Source: Delftia acidovorans NBRC 14950
Lineage (GTDB): Bacteria; Pseudomonadota; Gammaproteobacteria; Burkholderiales; Burkholderiaceae_C
DNA length: 32,000 bases
Reading direction: 5' to 3'
Assembly: GCF_001598795.1 (NCBI RefSeq)
Contig: NZ_BCZP01000007.1
Location: forward strand, 30,001 to 62,000
A model generated the notes under the pieces. That model searched no databases. It was given only the letters and a program-made list of their open reading frames with translations, and was not told the DNA's origin. Below are positions 23,935-32,000 of this stretch, piece after piece. The translations under genes were made by a program, and so were the position numbers. The number at the start of each line of letters is the position of its first letter. Position 1 is the stretch's first letter.

Positions 23935-24822
23935 ATGCGCAACATCCCGCCCCTTCACCTCATCGCCGCCTTCGATGCCGTGGCGCGAAGCCAGAGCTTC
24001 AAGCAGGCGGCCGAAGAACTGAACCTTTCGGACAGCGCCGTCAGCCACCGCATCCGCGAATTGGAAAAGCTGCTGGGCACCCCGCTGTTCCACCGCACCA
24101 CGCGCGTGGTCACGCTCAGCGCCGAGGGAGCCTGGCTGCACCAGCAGACCCGCGCCCCGCTGCAGGCGCTGGAGACCACCTTCGGCAGCCTGGTGCAGGG
24201 GCGCGACGTGGTGCGCATCAGCGCCCTGCCCTCGTTCGCACGGCTGCGGCTGGTGCCGTCGCTCACGGCCTTTCAGCGCAGCCACCCGGACGTTTCCATC
24301 GCCATCGATCCGACCACGCGCACCGTCAACCTCCAGCAGGGCGAGGCGGACATCGCCATCCGCTTTGCACACCAGGCGCCTCAGGCACCTCTGGCATTCC
24401 ACTGCGAGCGCCTGCTGGACGACGAATGGTTTGCCGTGGCCGCGCCACGCTACCTGGAGCAGTTCGAGGGCCTGGATCTGGCCGGGCTGTTCCGGCGGGC
24501 CAACCTGCTCTCGCACAGCCGCCAACCCTGGGAGCCCTGGCTGCAGGCCGCGGGCCTGCGCATCTCGTCAGCCCAGCGCCAGCTCAGCTATTCGGACACG
24601 GGCTTCATGCTGGACGCGGCGCTGAACCTGCAAGGCATTGCGCTGGGCCGCCGCTCCCTGGTCCAGCGCCTGCTGGCCGAGCGCAGCCTGGTGCGCGTCT
24701 CGGACACGGCCATCCCCTGCAGCCAGAGCTATTTCCTGCTGGCTTCCGAACGCGCCATGGTCTCGCGCCATGGCGCGGCCGTCATGGACTGGATTCGTGC
24801 GGTGGCGGCCGAGGCCGGATAG
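23935..24822 (+). CDS. LysR-family transcriptional regulator (GcvA-like subgroup)
   Basis: N-terminal wHTH (LHLIAAFDAVARSQSFKQAAEELNLSDSAVSHRIRELEKLLGTPLFHR) plus an LTTR effector domain. Divergent from the giant gene, with a 201-bp spacer. Confidence 0.9.
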   Translation: MRNIPPLHLIAAFDAVARSQSFKQAAEELNLSDSAVSHRIRELEKLLGTPLFHRTTRVVTLSAEGAWLHQQTRAPLQALETTFGSLVQGRDVVRISALPSFARLRLVPSLTAFQRSHPDVSIAIDPTTRTVNLQQGEADIAIRFAHQAPQAPLAFHCERLLDDEWFAVAAPRYLEQFEGLDLAGLFRRANLLSHSRQPWEPWLQAAGLRISSAQRQLSYSDTGFMLDAALNLQGIALGRRSLVQRLLAERSLVRVSDTAIPCSQSYFLLASERAMVSRHGAAVMDWIRAVAAEAG

Positions 24823-24881
24823 CCGGGCGCCGCCGCCCGCGTTCACGCTTCCCACGCTCACACGTTCACGCCCTCACATCC

Positions 24882-25751
24882 TCAGCGCGCCATGGTCAGC
24901 GCAATGCCCAGCAGCACGCCCGCCATGGCCGCCGCCTTGGGCCGCAGATGGCGTTCGGCAAAGAACCGTGCCGACAGCGCAAACACCATGACCAGATTGG
25001 CGCGGCGCAGCACCGAGATCACGGCAATCTGCGCGCCCTCCATCTGCACGGCGGCCAGGTAGATGGACTCGGCCAGCACATAGGCCAGCGAAATGGCGGG
25101 CACGGCCCAGTTGCGCCCCAGCAGGCTGCGCAGCTCCAGCCCGCGCCAGATCCAGGGCAACAGCAGCAAGGCCAGGGCGCCGCGCTGCAGCGCAGACCAG
25201 GCCTGGACGGCAACCAGGTCCATGCGCAGCGTGGCCAGAATGTGCTTGTCGTACAGGGCATTGGCCGAGGACAGCAGCGTGGCCGCCAGCATGCACAGCA
25301 CCCACAGATTGCGGCCAAAGCCTATGCCCTCCTTCTGGCCGACCAGGGAGAACAGGTAGTACGAGGCCATGGACACCGCCAGCCCCAGCCATTGCCACCA
25401 GCCCAGTTGCTCGCACAGCAGGAGCACCGCGCCCAGCGCCGTCCACAGCGGCCCGCTGGCACGCACGCCCGCAGAGATGGACAGCGGCAAGGCCTTCACC
25501 GAGTAGTACGACAGCACCCAGGTGGCCACCATCATCAGCGACTTGGGCAGCAGCAGCATCTGCTGGCGCAGGTCCAGCGCGGCGGACGAGGAATCGTCCA
25601 TCGCCACGAAAGGCAGCCACAGCAACGCGCCCAGCGCCGGGCACCAGAACACCACCTCCAGCACGGACTTTTCCCCCAGCGCCAGCTTGGTCAGAAAGTC
25701 ATATGCCCCCAACACCAGGCCGGCCAGCAGCCCCAACACCATCCAGTCCAT
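24882..25751 (-). CDS. EamA/DMT-superfamily membrane transporter
   Basis: About 10 predicted hydrophobic helices in two similar halves, typical of the EamA family. ATG verified at 25749-25751. Confidence 0.6.
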   Translation of the reverse strand: MDWMVLGLLAGLVLGAYDFLTKLALGEKSVLEVVFWCPALGALLWLPFVAMDDSSSAALDLRQQMLLLPKSLMMVATWVLSYYSVKALPLSISAGVRASGPLWTALGAVLLLCEQLGWWQWLGLAVSMASYYLFSLVGQKEGIGFGRNLWVLCMLAATLLSSANALYDKHILATLRMDLVAVQAWSALQRGALALLLLPWIWRGLELRSLLGRNWAVPAISLAYVLAESIYLAAVQMEGAQIAVISVLRRANLVMVFALSARFFAERHLRPKAAAMAGVLLGIALTMAR

Positions 25752-25861
25752 ATCCGCCTGCACTCCTGCATTGACAAGGGTGCAAGCGTAGGAGCGATGG
25801 CCGCAGGCATTGCTGAGACCTGTGCGGCGATTGCGCAATCGCGCTCATGAATGCGCGGGCA

Positions 25862-27532
25862 TCACTGCGCGCCGGCCACCGCAGCCTGGCGCGCACCGGG
25901 CTGCTTGAACAGCTTGAAGTACGGCGTGTTCGACGGATTCACCGGGATGTCGAACTTGCGCACCATGGCATAGGTCTGGATCTGGTCGTGCAGCGGCAGG
26001 TAGATCAGCTCCTTTTGCACCGTGCTCCAGATGGAGTGGATGGTGGCGTCGCGCTTGCGCGCATCGCCCTCGGAGGCCAGGGAGACGATCTGGCTGTCCA
26101 GCTCGGCATTGCTGTAGCGCGTGGCATTGGTGTTGCCGCGGCCGTTCTTGCCGCGCGTGTGCACCAGGTAGTCGAAGACATAGGCCGAGTCATAGGTGGG
26201 CACGCCCCAGCCGTAGAGGTAGAAATCCGTTTCCTGGTTGTTGATGGCCGCCGTCTGGATGGCCAGCGGCCGGGACGACACGGCGGTCTTCACGCCGATG
26301 CGGCCCAGAAATCCGGCGATGGCCTGGCAGATGGCCTCGTCGTTCAGGTAGCGGTCGTTCGTGCAATGCAGGGTGATGCCGAAGCCGTTGGGATAGCCGG
26401 CCTCGGCCAGCAGCTTCCTGGCCTGGGCCAAGTCGGCCTTGCCCACGGCGCCAAAGGATTTCTCGTAGCCGTGCACAAAGGGCGGCGCAATGATGTTGGT
26501 GGGCACGGACAGGCCGCGCATCACGGCGCGCTGTATGGCCTGCCGGTCGATGGCCAGCTGGAAGGCCTGACGCACGCGCAGGTCAGCTAGGGGGTTCTTG
26601 TCCTTCACATCGGAATGCGACAGCGGGGCGGCGCCCACGTTCAGGCCCAGGAAGATGGTGCGGTTCTCGGCGGCCTGGTTGATGCGAAAGCGCGGGTCGG
26701 CGCTCAGGCGCGCAATGTCCTGGATGGGCAGGTCCTGCACGAAGTCCACCTCGCCCGACAGCAGCGCCGCCACGCGCGTGGCCTGGGACTTGATGGGCAG
26801 GTAGACCAGTTCGTCGATCTCCAGCGGGAACAGCCCCTTGCCCCAGTAGCCGGGAAACTGCCGCAGCACGGTGCGCGTGTCCTGTTCGCGCGAGGCGATG
26901 ACGTAGGGACCCGTGCCGTTGACGTTGCGCGTGGCGTAGTTCTCTTCCTTGGCCAGCGCGTTCTGCGGCTGCTCTGCGCCATGGGCCTTGGCCCAGGCGG
27001 CGCTCAGGATCTGGATGTTGATGAGGCTGGCCGGCAGCAGCGGGTTGGGCCCGTTGGTCCTGATGTGCACGGTGAAGGCATCGACCTTGGTCACGTCGGT
27101 GATCGAGGTCAGCAGCGAGCGCATGTCCGAGGTGGCCGAGCGCGCGCGGCGCAGAGAGAACAGCACGTCGTCGGCCGTGAACAGGCTGCCGTCATGGAAC
27201 TTCACGCCCTTGCGCAGCTTGAACTCCCAGACCGAGGGGTCGGCAGTCAGCGCCCAGGACGTGGCCAGGGTGGGCAGCAGCTTGCCATCGGCCGTGCGGA
27301 TGATCAGCGGCTCGTAGATCTGGTGCAGCAGGTTGTGGTTGGGGCCGTTGTTCAGCGCATGCGGGTCCAGCGTGGAGGCATCGGTGGAGCGCGCCCAGCG
27401 CAGGGTTTCGGCCTGGGCGGGCGGTGCGCACAGCAGGGCTGCGGCCAGGGCGGGAAGCAGTGCGGAAGTTCGCAGGGTGCGCAAGTGGGTGCGCAGCAGG
27501 GAAAGGCGAGGCAGGAAGCGTCTTTGGGTCAT
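25862..27532 (-). CDS. ABC transporter substrate-binding protein, family 5 (DppA/OppA-like peptide/nickel binding), orphan
   Basis: Signal peptide ending APPAQA. Family-5 SBP pattern (ETLRWARSTDASTLDPHALNNGPNHNLLHQIYEPLI...TSWALTADPSVWEFKLRKGVKFHDG). ATG verified at 27530-27532. The 701-aa track ORF is an upstream extension into the peptidase gene. Confidence 0.85.
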   Translation of the reverse strand: MTQRRFLPRLSLLRTHLRTLRTSALLPALAAALLCAPPAQAETLRWARSTDASTLDPHALNNGPNHNLLHQIYEPLIIRTADGKLLPTLATSWALTADPSVWEFKLRKGVKFHDGSLFTADDVLFSLRRARSATSDMRSLLTSITDVTKVDAFTVHIRTNGPNPLLPASLINIQILSAAWAKAHGAEQPQNALAKEENYATRNVNGTGPYVIASREQDTRTVLRQFPGYWGKGLFPLEIDELVYLPIKSQATRVAALLSGEVDFVQDLPIQDIARLSADPRFRINQAAENRTIFLGLNVGAAPLSHSDVKDKNPLADLRVRQAFQLAIDRQAIQRAVMRGLSVPTNIIAPPFVHGYEKSFGAVGKADLAQARKLLAEAGYPNGFGITLHCTNDRYLNDEAICQAIAGFLGRIGVKTAVSSRPLAIQTAAINNQETDFYLYGWGVPTYDSAYVFDYLVHTRGKNGRGNTNATRYSNAELDSQIVSLASEGDARKRDATIHSIWSTVQKELIYLPLHDQIQTYAMVRKFDIPVNPSNTPYFKLFKQPGARQAAVAGAQ

Positions 27533-27632
27533 GAAGTGTCGTGGCAGCCGGAACAAGATCGCAGGAAGGCGGCGGCTGCACCAGACGGCCGATTGTGTGG
27601 AGCCACCGGCCCGCCGCAAAGCCTGATTGCGC

Positions 27633-29120
27633 CTATGCAAATGCGCTGCACGCAGATGCAAAGCGCTGCGACAGCAGGGCGTACAGCGCGCGCAGGCCCT
27701 GGGCCTCGCCGCCCCTGGGACGGCCGGGGCGCTCCTCCAGATTCCAGGCGAACAGGTCCAGGTGCAGCCAGGGCAGCTCGGGCGGCACAAAGCTCTCCAG
27801 GAACAGCGCAGCCGTGATGGCGCCGCCCTGCGGCGTGCTGGCGGCGTTGAGCAGGTCGGCCTGGTCGGAGCGGAGCATGCGGCGGTAAGGCGCCCACAGG
27901 GGCAGGCGCCACAGCGGGTCGGCCTGCGCGCGGCCCTGGGCCAGCAGCGCATCGGCCCAGCCGTCATGGTTGCTGAACAGCGCGGGCAGGTCCGGCCCCA
28001 GCGCCGTGCGCGCAGCGCCCGTGAGCGTGGCCAGGTCGATCAGCAGCGCGGGCGGCGTGGGCGCGCTGCGAATGGCGTGGTGCAGCGCATCGGCCAGCAG
28101 GAGCCGGCCTTCGGCATCGGTGTTCTCGATCTCCACCCGCCGGCCGTCACCGGCCTCGATGATGTCGCCGGGCCGCAGCGCGCCGGCACCCACGGCGTTC
28201 TCCACCGCAGGCACCAGCAGCTTCAGGTGGATGGGCAGGCCCGCCTGCATCAGCAGATCGGCCAGGGCCAGGGCGTGTGCGGCGCCGCCCATGTCCTTCT
28301 TCATCCAGCGCATGCCTGCGGCGGGCTTGAGGTCCAGCCCACCGGAGTCAAAGCACACGCCCTTGCCGATGAGCACCACATGGGGCAGCGCGGCATCGCC
28401 CCAGGTCAGCTCGGCCACGCGCGGCGCCTGGGCCGCCGCCCGACCCACGGCGTGCACCAGGGCAAAGCCTGCGGCGGGCAGCTCGTCGCCCATCCATTGC
28501 CGGAAGCGCGCGCCATGGCGCGCGGCCAGGTCAGCCACGGCCTGGGCCAGCTGTTCGGGACCCAGCTGGTTGGCAGGCAGGTTGACCAGCCGCCGCACCT
28601 CGCCAATGGCTGCGGCCATTGGCGCGACGGCGGCCTGCTCATCAGGGCTTGCCACCAGCTGAGCGAGTGATGGAGCGGTTGCCGCATCCGACTGCCGCGC
28701 CTGGCGGGTCGATGGCAGCGCGCCCAGTGCCCAGCCCAGGAGCAGATGCGGCCTCTGAGCCTCATCCGCATCGGCGAGCGCATAGGTGCCGGGCGGCAGC
28801 GCAGCCGGCAGGCCGGCCAGCTGCCACAGCGGCTGGTCCGGGTCCACGCCGACCAGCACGCCAGCGAGGGCAGTGCACTCGCCCTGCCCTTCCCTCTGCA
28901 CTTCGGCCTGCACTTCAGCCTGCATGCCGGGCAACAGCAGGATGCGGCCCGGCTGCGCATCAAAGCCTGCAGCGCGCGCCCATCGGGCCTGGGCCGGAGG
29001 CAGTTGCTCCAGCACGGCCGCCAGCGTGGCGGGCGTGGCACGGTGCAACGCCGTGGCGGGTTGGGGGGAAGTGGCGAATGCGCCGGATTGGGAAGGGGAG
29101 CTTGTGGCAGGGCTGGACAT
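27633..29120 (-). CDS. M17-family leucyl aminopeptidase-like protein
   Basis: M17 catalytic-domain motifs (LIGKGVCFDSGGLDLKP, MKKDMGGAA and the signature NTDAEGRL). Start chosen at ATG 29120. An in-frame Met further upstream cannot be excluded. Confidence 0.85.
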   Translation of the reverse strand: MSSPATSSPSQSGAFATSPQPATALHRATPATLAAVLEQLPPAQARWARAAGFDAQPGRILLLPGMQAEVQAEVQREGQGECTALAGVLVGVDPDQPLWQLAGLPAALPPGTYALADADEAQRPHLLLGWALGALPSTRQARQSDAATAPSLAQLVASPDEQAAVAPMAAAIGEVRRLVNLPANQLGPEQLAQAVADLAARHGARFRQWMGDELPAAGFALVHAVGRAAAQAPRVAELTWGDAALPHVVLIGKGVCFDSGGLDLKPAAGMRWMKKDMGGAAHALALADLLMQAGLPIHLKLLVPAVENAVGAGALRPGDIIEAGDGRRVEIENTDAEGRLLLADALHHAIRSAPTPPALLIDLATLTGAARTALGPDLPALFSNHDGWADALLAQGRAQADPLWRLPLWAPYRRMLRSDQADLLNAASTPQGGAITAALFLESFVPPELPWLHLDLFAWNLEERPGRPRGGEAQGLRALYALLSQRFASACSAFA

Positions 29121-29236
29121 GGTGCTGGCAAAGCGCGCCAGCCTAAGGGCCGACTCCGCTTGGCGCAAACACGCCTGCCGCATATGCAAAGCAGAAATGA
29201 TTGGTGGACGTCTGCGTGCAGGCGGGCCGCAGCCGC

Positions 29237-29626
29237 TCAGTCCAGAAAGCGCGCGGCCACCTGCGGATCGGGCACCATGCACTGCGCGCTGCGGCCAAAC
29301 CAGCGGTAGCGGTTGCGGGCCAGCCAGCGGTACAGCCCATCGCGCAGGGGGCGGGGAATCAGCCACGCCGCCCATGCCAGCCGCCAGGGCCAGCCCAGGC
29401 CATGGAGCACGCGCAGGATGGCGTCCGTGTGCTGCCAGGAACGGTCCCCATCCACCAGCAGCAGCGTCTGCAGACCTTCGACCCGCAGGCCTGCATCGGC
29501 CAGCATCCTGCCGCCGGCCTCGCCCTGGATGGAGGCAAAGCGGAACCTGCCGCGCCTGTCGTGCCTCAGCAGAAACTGCACCCAGCCATTGCACAGCAGG
29601 CATTGGCCATCGAACACCACAATCAT
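29237..29626 (-). CDS. DCC-family thiol-disulfide oxidoreductase (DUF393)
   Basis: The N-terminal FDGQCLLCNGWVQFLLRHD motif (DxxCxxC) defines the DCC family. A strong SD (AAGGAGGG) precedes the ATG. The start overlaps the upstream stop (ATGA at 29623-29626). Confidence 0.85.
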   Translation of the reverse strand: MIVVFDGQCLLCNGWVQFLLRHDRRGRFRFASIQGEAGGRMLADAGLRVEGLQTLLLVDGDRSWQHTDAILRVLHGLGWPWRLAWAAWLIPRPLRDGLYRWLARNRYRWFGRSAQCMVPDPQVAARFLD

Positions 29627-30198
29627 GATTCACCCTCCTTGGGCACTGAAGTGTCTTGCCGCACCGTGGGCAATTGCAGATGCCCGCTGTAGCTGGCGAC
29701 CACGCCCACCCAGGGCACGGCTGCCTCGATGTGGAAATGCAGGCGATCCCCCTCGCCGCGCTCCTCGGCCACGATGCGCGGCTCCAGCCAGGCCGGGCAG
29801 GCCATGCCCAGAAAGCGCAACTTGCGCAGGCGCATCACCAGCCGATTGCCATCGGCCTCCAACCCGAAGCTCAGCCGCGCTGCGCCCAAGGATTCGATGA
29901 TCTGCCCGTCCTGCATGCGCAGGCTGGAACGCATGGTCTGCGCGGGAAAGTGGCGGGTCCAGACCTCACGCTGGGGCTGGGCATGCAGCGCGAAGCGGAT
30001 GGGCCCCTCGCTGGCGCGCAGCGGCGTGCCCAGACACAGCGCCAGCAGCCGGGCCGCCAGGGACTGCGGCGCCTGGGTGCGGACCCAGCCATGGAGCTCA
30101 TGGCGGCCCGTCAGGCGGTGGAAGGCCTGCACGGCGGGGTCCAGCCGGGCAAAGCGCTCGCCCATGGCCTGCTCGTACATGGACAGCCTCCGGCTCAT
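29623..30198 (-). CDS. DUF4166-domain protein
   Basis: About 190 aa. The beginning (ERFARLDPAVQAFH) and the overall pattern match my recollection of DUF4166, which is commonly found next to saccharopine-dehydrogenase-like genes. The ATG overlaps the upstream stop (ATGA at 30195-30198). Confidence 0.6.
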   Translation of the reverse strand: MSRRLSMYEQAMGERFARLDPAVQAFHRLTGRHELHGWVRTQAPQSLAARLLALCLGTPLRASEGPIRFALHAQPQREVWTRHFPAQTMRSSLRMQDGQIIESLGAARLSFGLEADGNRLVMRLRKLRFLGMACPAWLEPRIVAEERGEGDRLHFHIEAAVPWVGVVASYSGHLQLPTVRQDTSVPKEGES

Positions 30199-31310
30199 GG
30201 ATGGATCTCCCTCATGCGGATGTCCAGGCCACGGGCCTCCTGCTCGAAATCCTCCAGGGTCAGCAGGCCCATGCAGGGCATGGCGCCCACGGCGGGCAGT
30301 TGGCCTGCCGCCAGCTTCCGCGCCAGGGCCGAGGCGGCAAGCGTGGGCACATAGGGGCCGTCGCCCGACCCGGCGACCAGCACCCAGACGCGCTCCTGCA
30401 CGAAGCCCTGTGCGTCCCGCCCACGCACGCACACATGCATGGCACCCGCATCGCTGCCCCAGTCCTTGAAGCAGTCCGCAGCGCGCTTGAGCCACGCGGC
30501 GTGCACCGACCAGTCGCGCACCAGGCCCAGGCGCGCCAGCCAGGCCATGGCATTCATGCCCCTGTGCAGAAATGCCAACTCCAGCCCCGCGCCAAAACGC
30601 ACGCCAGGCTTGCCCGCATACCGGGGTGCCAGCAGTACCAGATCAGGCACATCGCAGGGCGACAGCAGCCGCGCCCCCACAGGCTCGGGATAGCGGTGGC
30701 GCCAGCTGCCCGACCAGCCGAACACCGGCTGCGGGCCAGCGGACGCGAGGCGCTTGCCGCAGTAGCTCAGGATGCCGGCCACCGTGGACAGGCCGCGCTC
30801 CGTGCGGTTGCCGGGGCTGATGCCTATGTCGATGGAATCCACGCAGGCCATGCCGCCTGCCAGCCGATCGGCCACCGCCGTGGACAGTGCGGGGACGGAA
30901 CTGGCCCCGCTGGTCAGCAGCACGCCCCGGGCCAGCGCAGCGGCTTGCAGGGCGGTGATGCCGCCGACGAAGTCGCGGCCATCGGCCAGGTCCACGTAGT
31001 GCACGCCCGCATGGGCGCAGGCCTGTGCCACGCGATGGTCCTGCCCCTGGAAAGGGCCTGAGGTATGAATGAGGAGATGGATGCCATGCTCCTGGAGCCG
31101 GGCCTGCAGCCCCGGGTCCATGGCGTCCACCGCCACGGCGGACAGCCCGGCATGGGCATCGGGCAAAAGCGCATCGACCAAGGCCTGTGCCTTGGCGCCC
31201 GAGCGGCCCACCACCACGATGTGCAGCGCCTTCTGCCGTGCCAGCCGGCGCACCAGCCGGCTGCCGAAAAAGCCATATCCCCCGACAACCATCACCCTGA
31301 ATTCGTGCAT
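30195..31310 (-). CDS. Saccharopine-dehydrogenase-like NAD(P)-binding protein
   Basis: Rossmann motif immediately after the start (VMVVGGYGFFGSRLVRRL), then HLLIHTSGPFQGQ..VAQACAHAGVHYVDLAD, typical of the Sacchrp_dh_NADP family. ATG verified at 31308-31310. Confidence 0.75.
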   Translation of the reverse strand: MHEFRVMVVGGYGFFGSRLVRRLARQKALHIVVVGRSGAKAQALVDALLPDAHAGLSAVAVDAMDPGLQARLQEHGIHLLIHTSGPFQGQDHRVAQACAHAGVHYVDLADGRDFVGGITALQAAALARGVLLTSGASSVPALSTAVADRLAGGMACVDSIDIGISPGNRTERGLSTVAGILSYCGKRLASAGPQPVFGWSGSWRHRYPEPVGARLLSPCDVPDLVLLAPRYAGKPGVRFGAGLELAFLHRGMNAMAWLARLGLVRDWSVHAAWLKRAADCFKDWGSDAGAMHVCVRGRDAQGFVQERVWVLVAGSGDGPYVPTLAASALARKLAAGQLPAVGAMPCMGLLTLEDFEQEARGLDIRMREIHP

Positions 31311-31455
31311 GCGCCAGTGTAGGGCCGACCGGTCGCCAGGACGGCGGTGGCAGCATTTCCCTACAAGGTGTTTCATCAGGAAAATATATGGTTAGCCACC
31401 ATACAATATGCTGACACCACACCTGGCGCACAGCGCCTCAACCCCAGGAAACACC

Positions 31456-31794
31456 ATGTCCCACTATCTGGTCGAGCTCTATTCCCCCAACCCCGCCTGG
31501 CTGGCCCTGCCCGCCGCGCAGCGCCAGCAGTTTCTGGAAGGGGTTGCCAGCGCCATGGGCGGGCTGGCTGCCATGGGCGTGCAGGTGCTGGCCCTGGCCG
31601 AGACCGACCGCGGCCTGGACCAGGCCAGCCCCCACCGCTTCCTGGGCATCTGGCGCTTTCCCGATACCGCCGCGCGCGATGCCCTGCTGGCGGGCATCAA
31701 GGCCAGCGGCTGGTACGGCTACTTCGACCATGTGAACGCGGCCAGCGGCACGGGCGGCCTTGAAAGCCATCTGAAGGCGCTGGCCGAGGCCTGA
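31456..31794 (+). CDS. Darcynin-like small protein (family of unknown function)
   Basis: 112 aa. NPAWLALPAAQRQQFLEGV...WRFPDTAARDALLAGIKASGWYGYFD fits the darcynin pattern as I recall it (TPAWLAL..R..F........W.......AL......W..YF). ATG at 31456. Confidence 0.5.
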   Translation: MSHYLVELYSPNPAWLALPAAQRQQFLEGVASAMGGLAAMGVQVLALAETDRGLDQASPHRFLGIWRFPDTAARDALLAGIKASGWYGYFDHVNAASGTGGLESHLKALAEA

Positions 31795-31834
31795 GGCGGA
31801 CGGGTGATGGGTGCTGGATGGGTCCGCGCCCGCG

Positions 31835-31999
31835 CTACGGCTGAATCGGACACCCCAGACGCTTGAGCGTCTCGTCGATCCATGGCGCGCTGTAAGTACC
31901 GGCAGCGATGTCGGCCACCATCCTGGCCTCAACGACCTGCTTCCCGAGTGCTGCATCCAGCAAGGCCTGCGCCTGCGCATGCGGTACGCACAGCAAGCC
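31835..31999 (-). CDS. 3' end of an unidentified gene (the start lies beyond the window)
   Basis: My manual reverse-strand translation gives an open frame to the window edge with strong GC3 bias: GLLCVPHAQAQALLDAALGKQVVEARMVADIAAGTYSAPWIDETLKRLGCPIQP*. The stop is TAG (cta at 31835-31837). It is absent from the ORF track because it has no start in the window. No family assigned. Confidence 0.4.
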   Translation of the reverse strand, partial: GLLCVPHAQAQALLDAALGKQVVEARMVADIAAGTYSAPWIDETLKRLGCPIQP

Positions 32000-32000
32000 A

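Noticed and set aside
23805-25850. 681-aa + strand ORF covering the LysR gene (in another frame) and the EamA gene (antisense)
   Set aside because: The translation is Pro/Arg/Gly/His/Gln-rich and low-complexity. The in-frame LysR gene (23935-24822) and the - strand membrane protein explain the region.
27533-27967. N-terminal extension of the family-5 binding-protein ORF (701-aa track ORF); similarly 29121-29633 for the M17 ORF, 7839-8375 for the acidic-protein ORF and 5301-5435 for rsbS
   Set aside because: The extensions overlap neighbouring, well-supported genes in other frames and are Pro/Arg/Ala-rich. They would also place a signal peptide or conserved N-terminus far inside the protein. 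Internal ATG starts were verified in the nucleotide sequence.
31796-31827. Inverted repeat GCGGAC...GTCCGC between the darcynin gene and the partial convergent gene
   Set aside because: It has only 6-bp arms with a 20-nt loop and no T tract, which is too weak to call a terminator.
1-32000. Search for CRISPR arrays, tRNA/rRNA genes, IS elements, integrases or prophage genes
   Set aside because: I saw no regularly spaced direct repeats, no transposase- or integrase-like ORFs, and no intergenic segment with tRNA-like structure. Apart from 6151-6594, every intergenic gap is about 200 bp or shorter. This was an inspection by eye only, so tRNAscan, Infernal and ISfinder should confirm it.

Overview
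High-GC proteobacterial chromosomal DNA; the style looks beta-proteobacterial or Comamonadaceae-like, but that is only an impression. I support about 28 protein-coding genes. I saw no rRNA or tRNA genes, no CRISPR array, and no transposase or integrase. Two regions stand out. (1) 634-6150 (-) is a tightly coupled six-gene operon. It encodes a stressosome-type module (RsbR, RsbS, RsbT), an unusual kinase-domain::RsbX-like PP2C fusion, a sensor-less soluble histidine kinase and a REC-PAS-HK-REC hybrid kinase. The stressosome output therefore appears wired to a phosphorelay rather than to a sigma-B partner-switch. A visibly AT-richer patch covers part of the operon and the divergent MfpA/Qnr-like pentapeptide-repeat gene (6595-7302). 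(2) 17680-23733 (-) is one 2,017-codon gene. It fuses a transglutaminase/papain-like domain, a DUF4011-like region and an Upf1-like SF1 helicase to a DUF559/Vsr-like restriction-endonuclease-fold domain. The helicase Walker A and Walker B motifs are separated by about 840 residues that contain ~77-aa repeats. As far as I know this architecture has no assigned function, and it is my best candidate for an undescribed nucleic-acid surveillance or defence-like system. That function is inference only. The remaining genes are: a sulfonate-type ABC importer plus an NtaA/DszA-type flavin monooxygenase, an sCache MCP, NIPSNAP, CorA, PPK2, two LysR regulators, an EamA transporter, orphan GltI-like and DppA-like binding proteins, an M17 aminopeptidase, a translationally coupled saccharopine-dehydrogenase-like/DUF4166/DCC triad, and a darcynin-like protein. 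Many long ORFs in the six-frame track are antisense shadow ORFs typical of high-GC DNA, and I rejected them.
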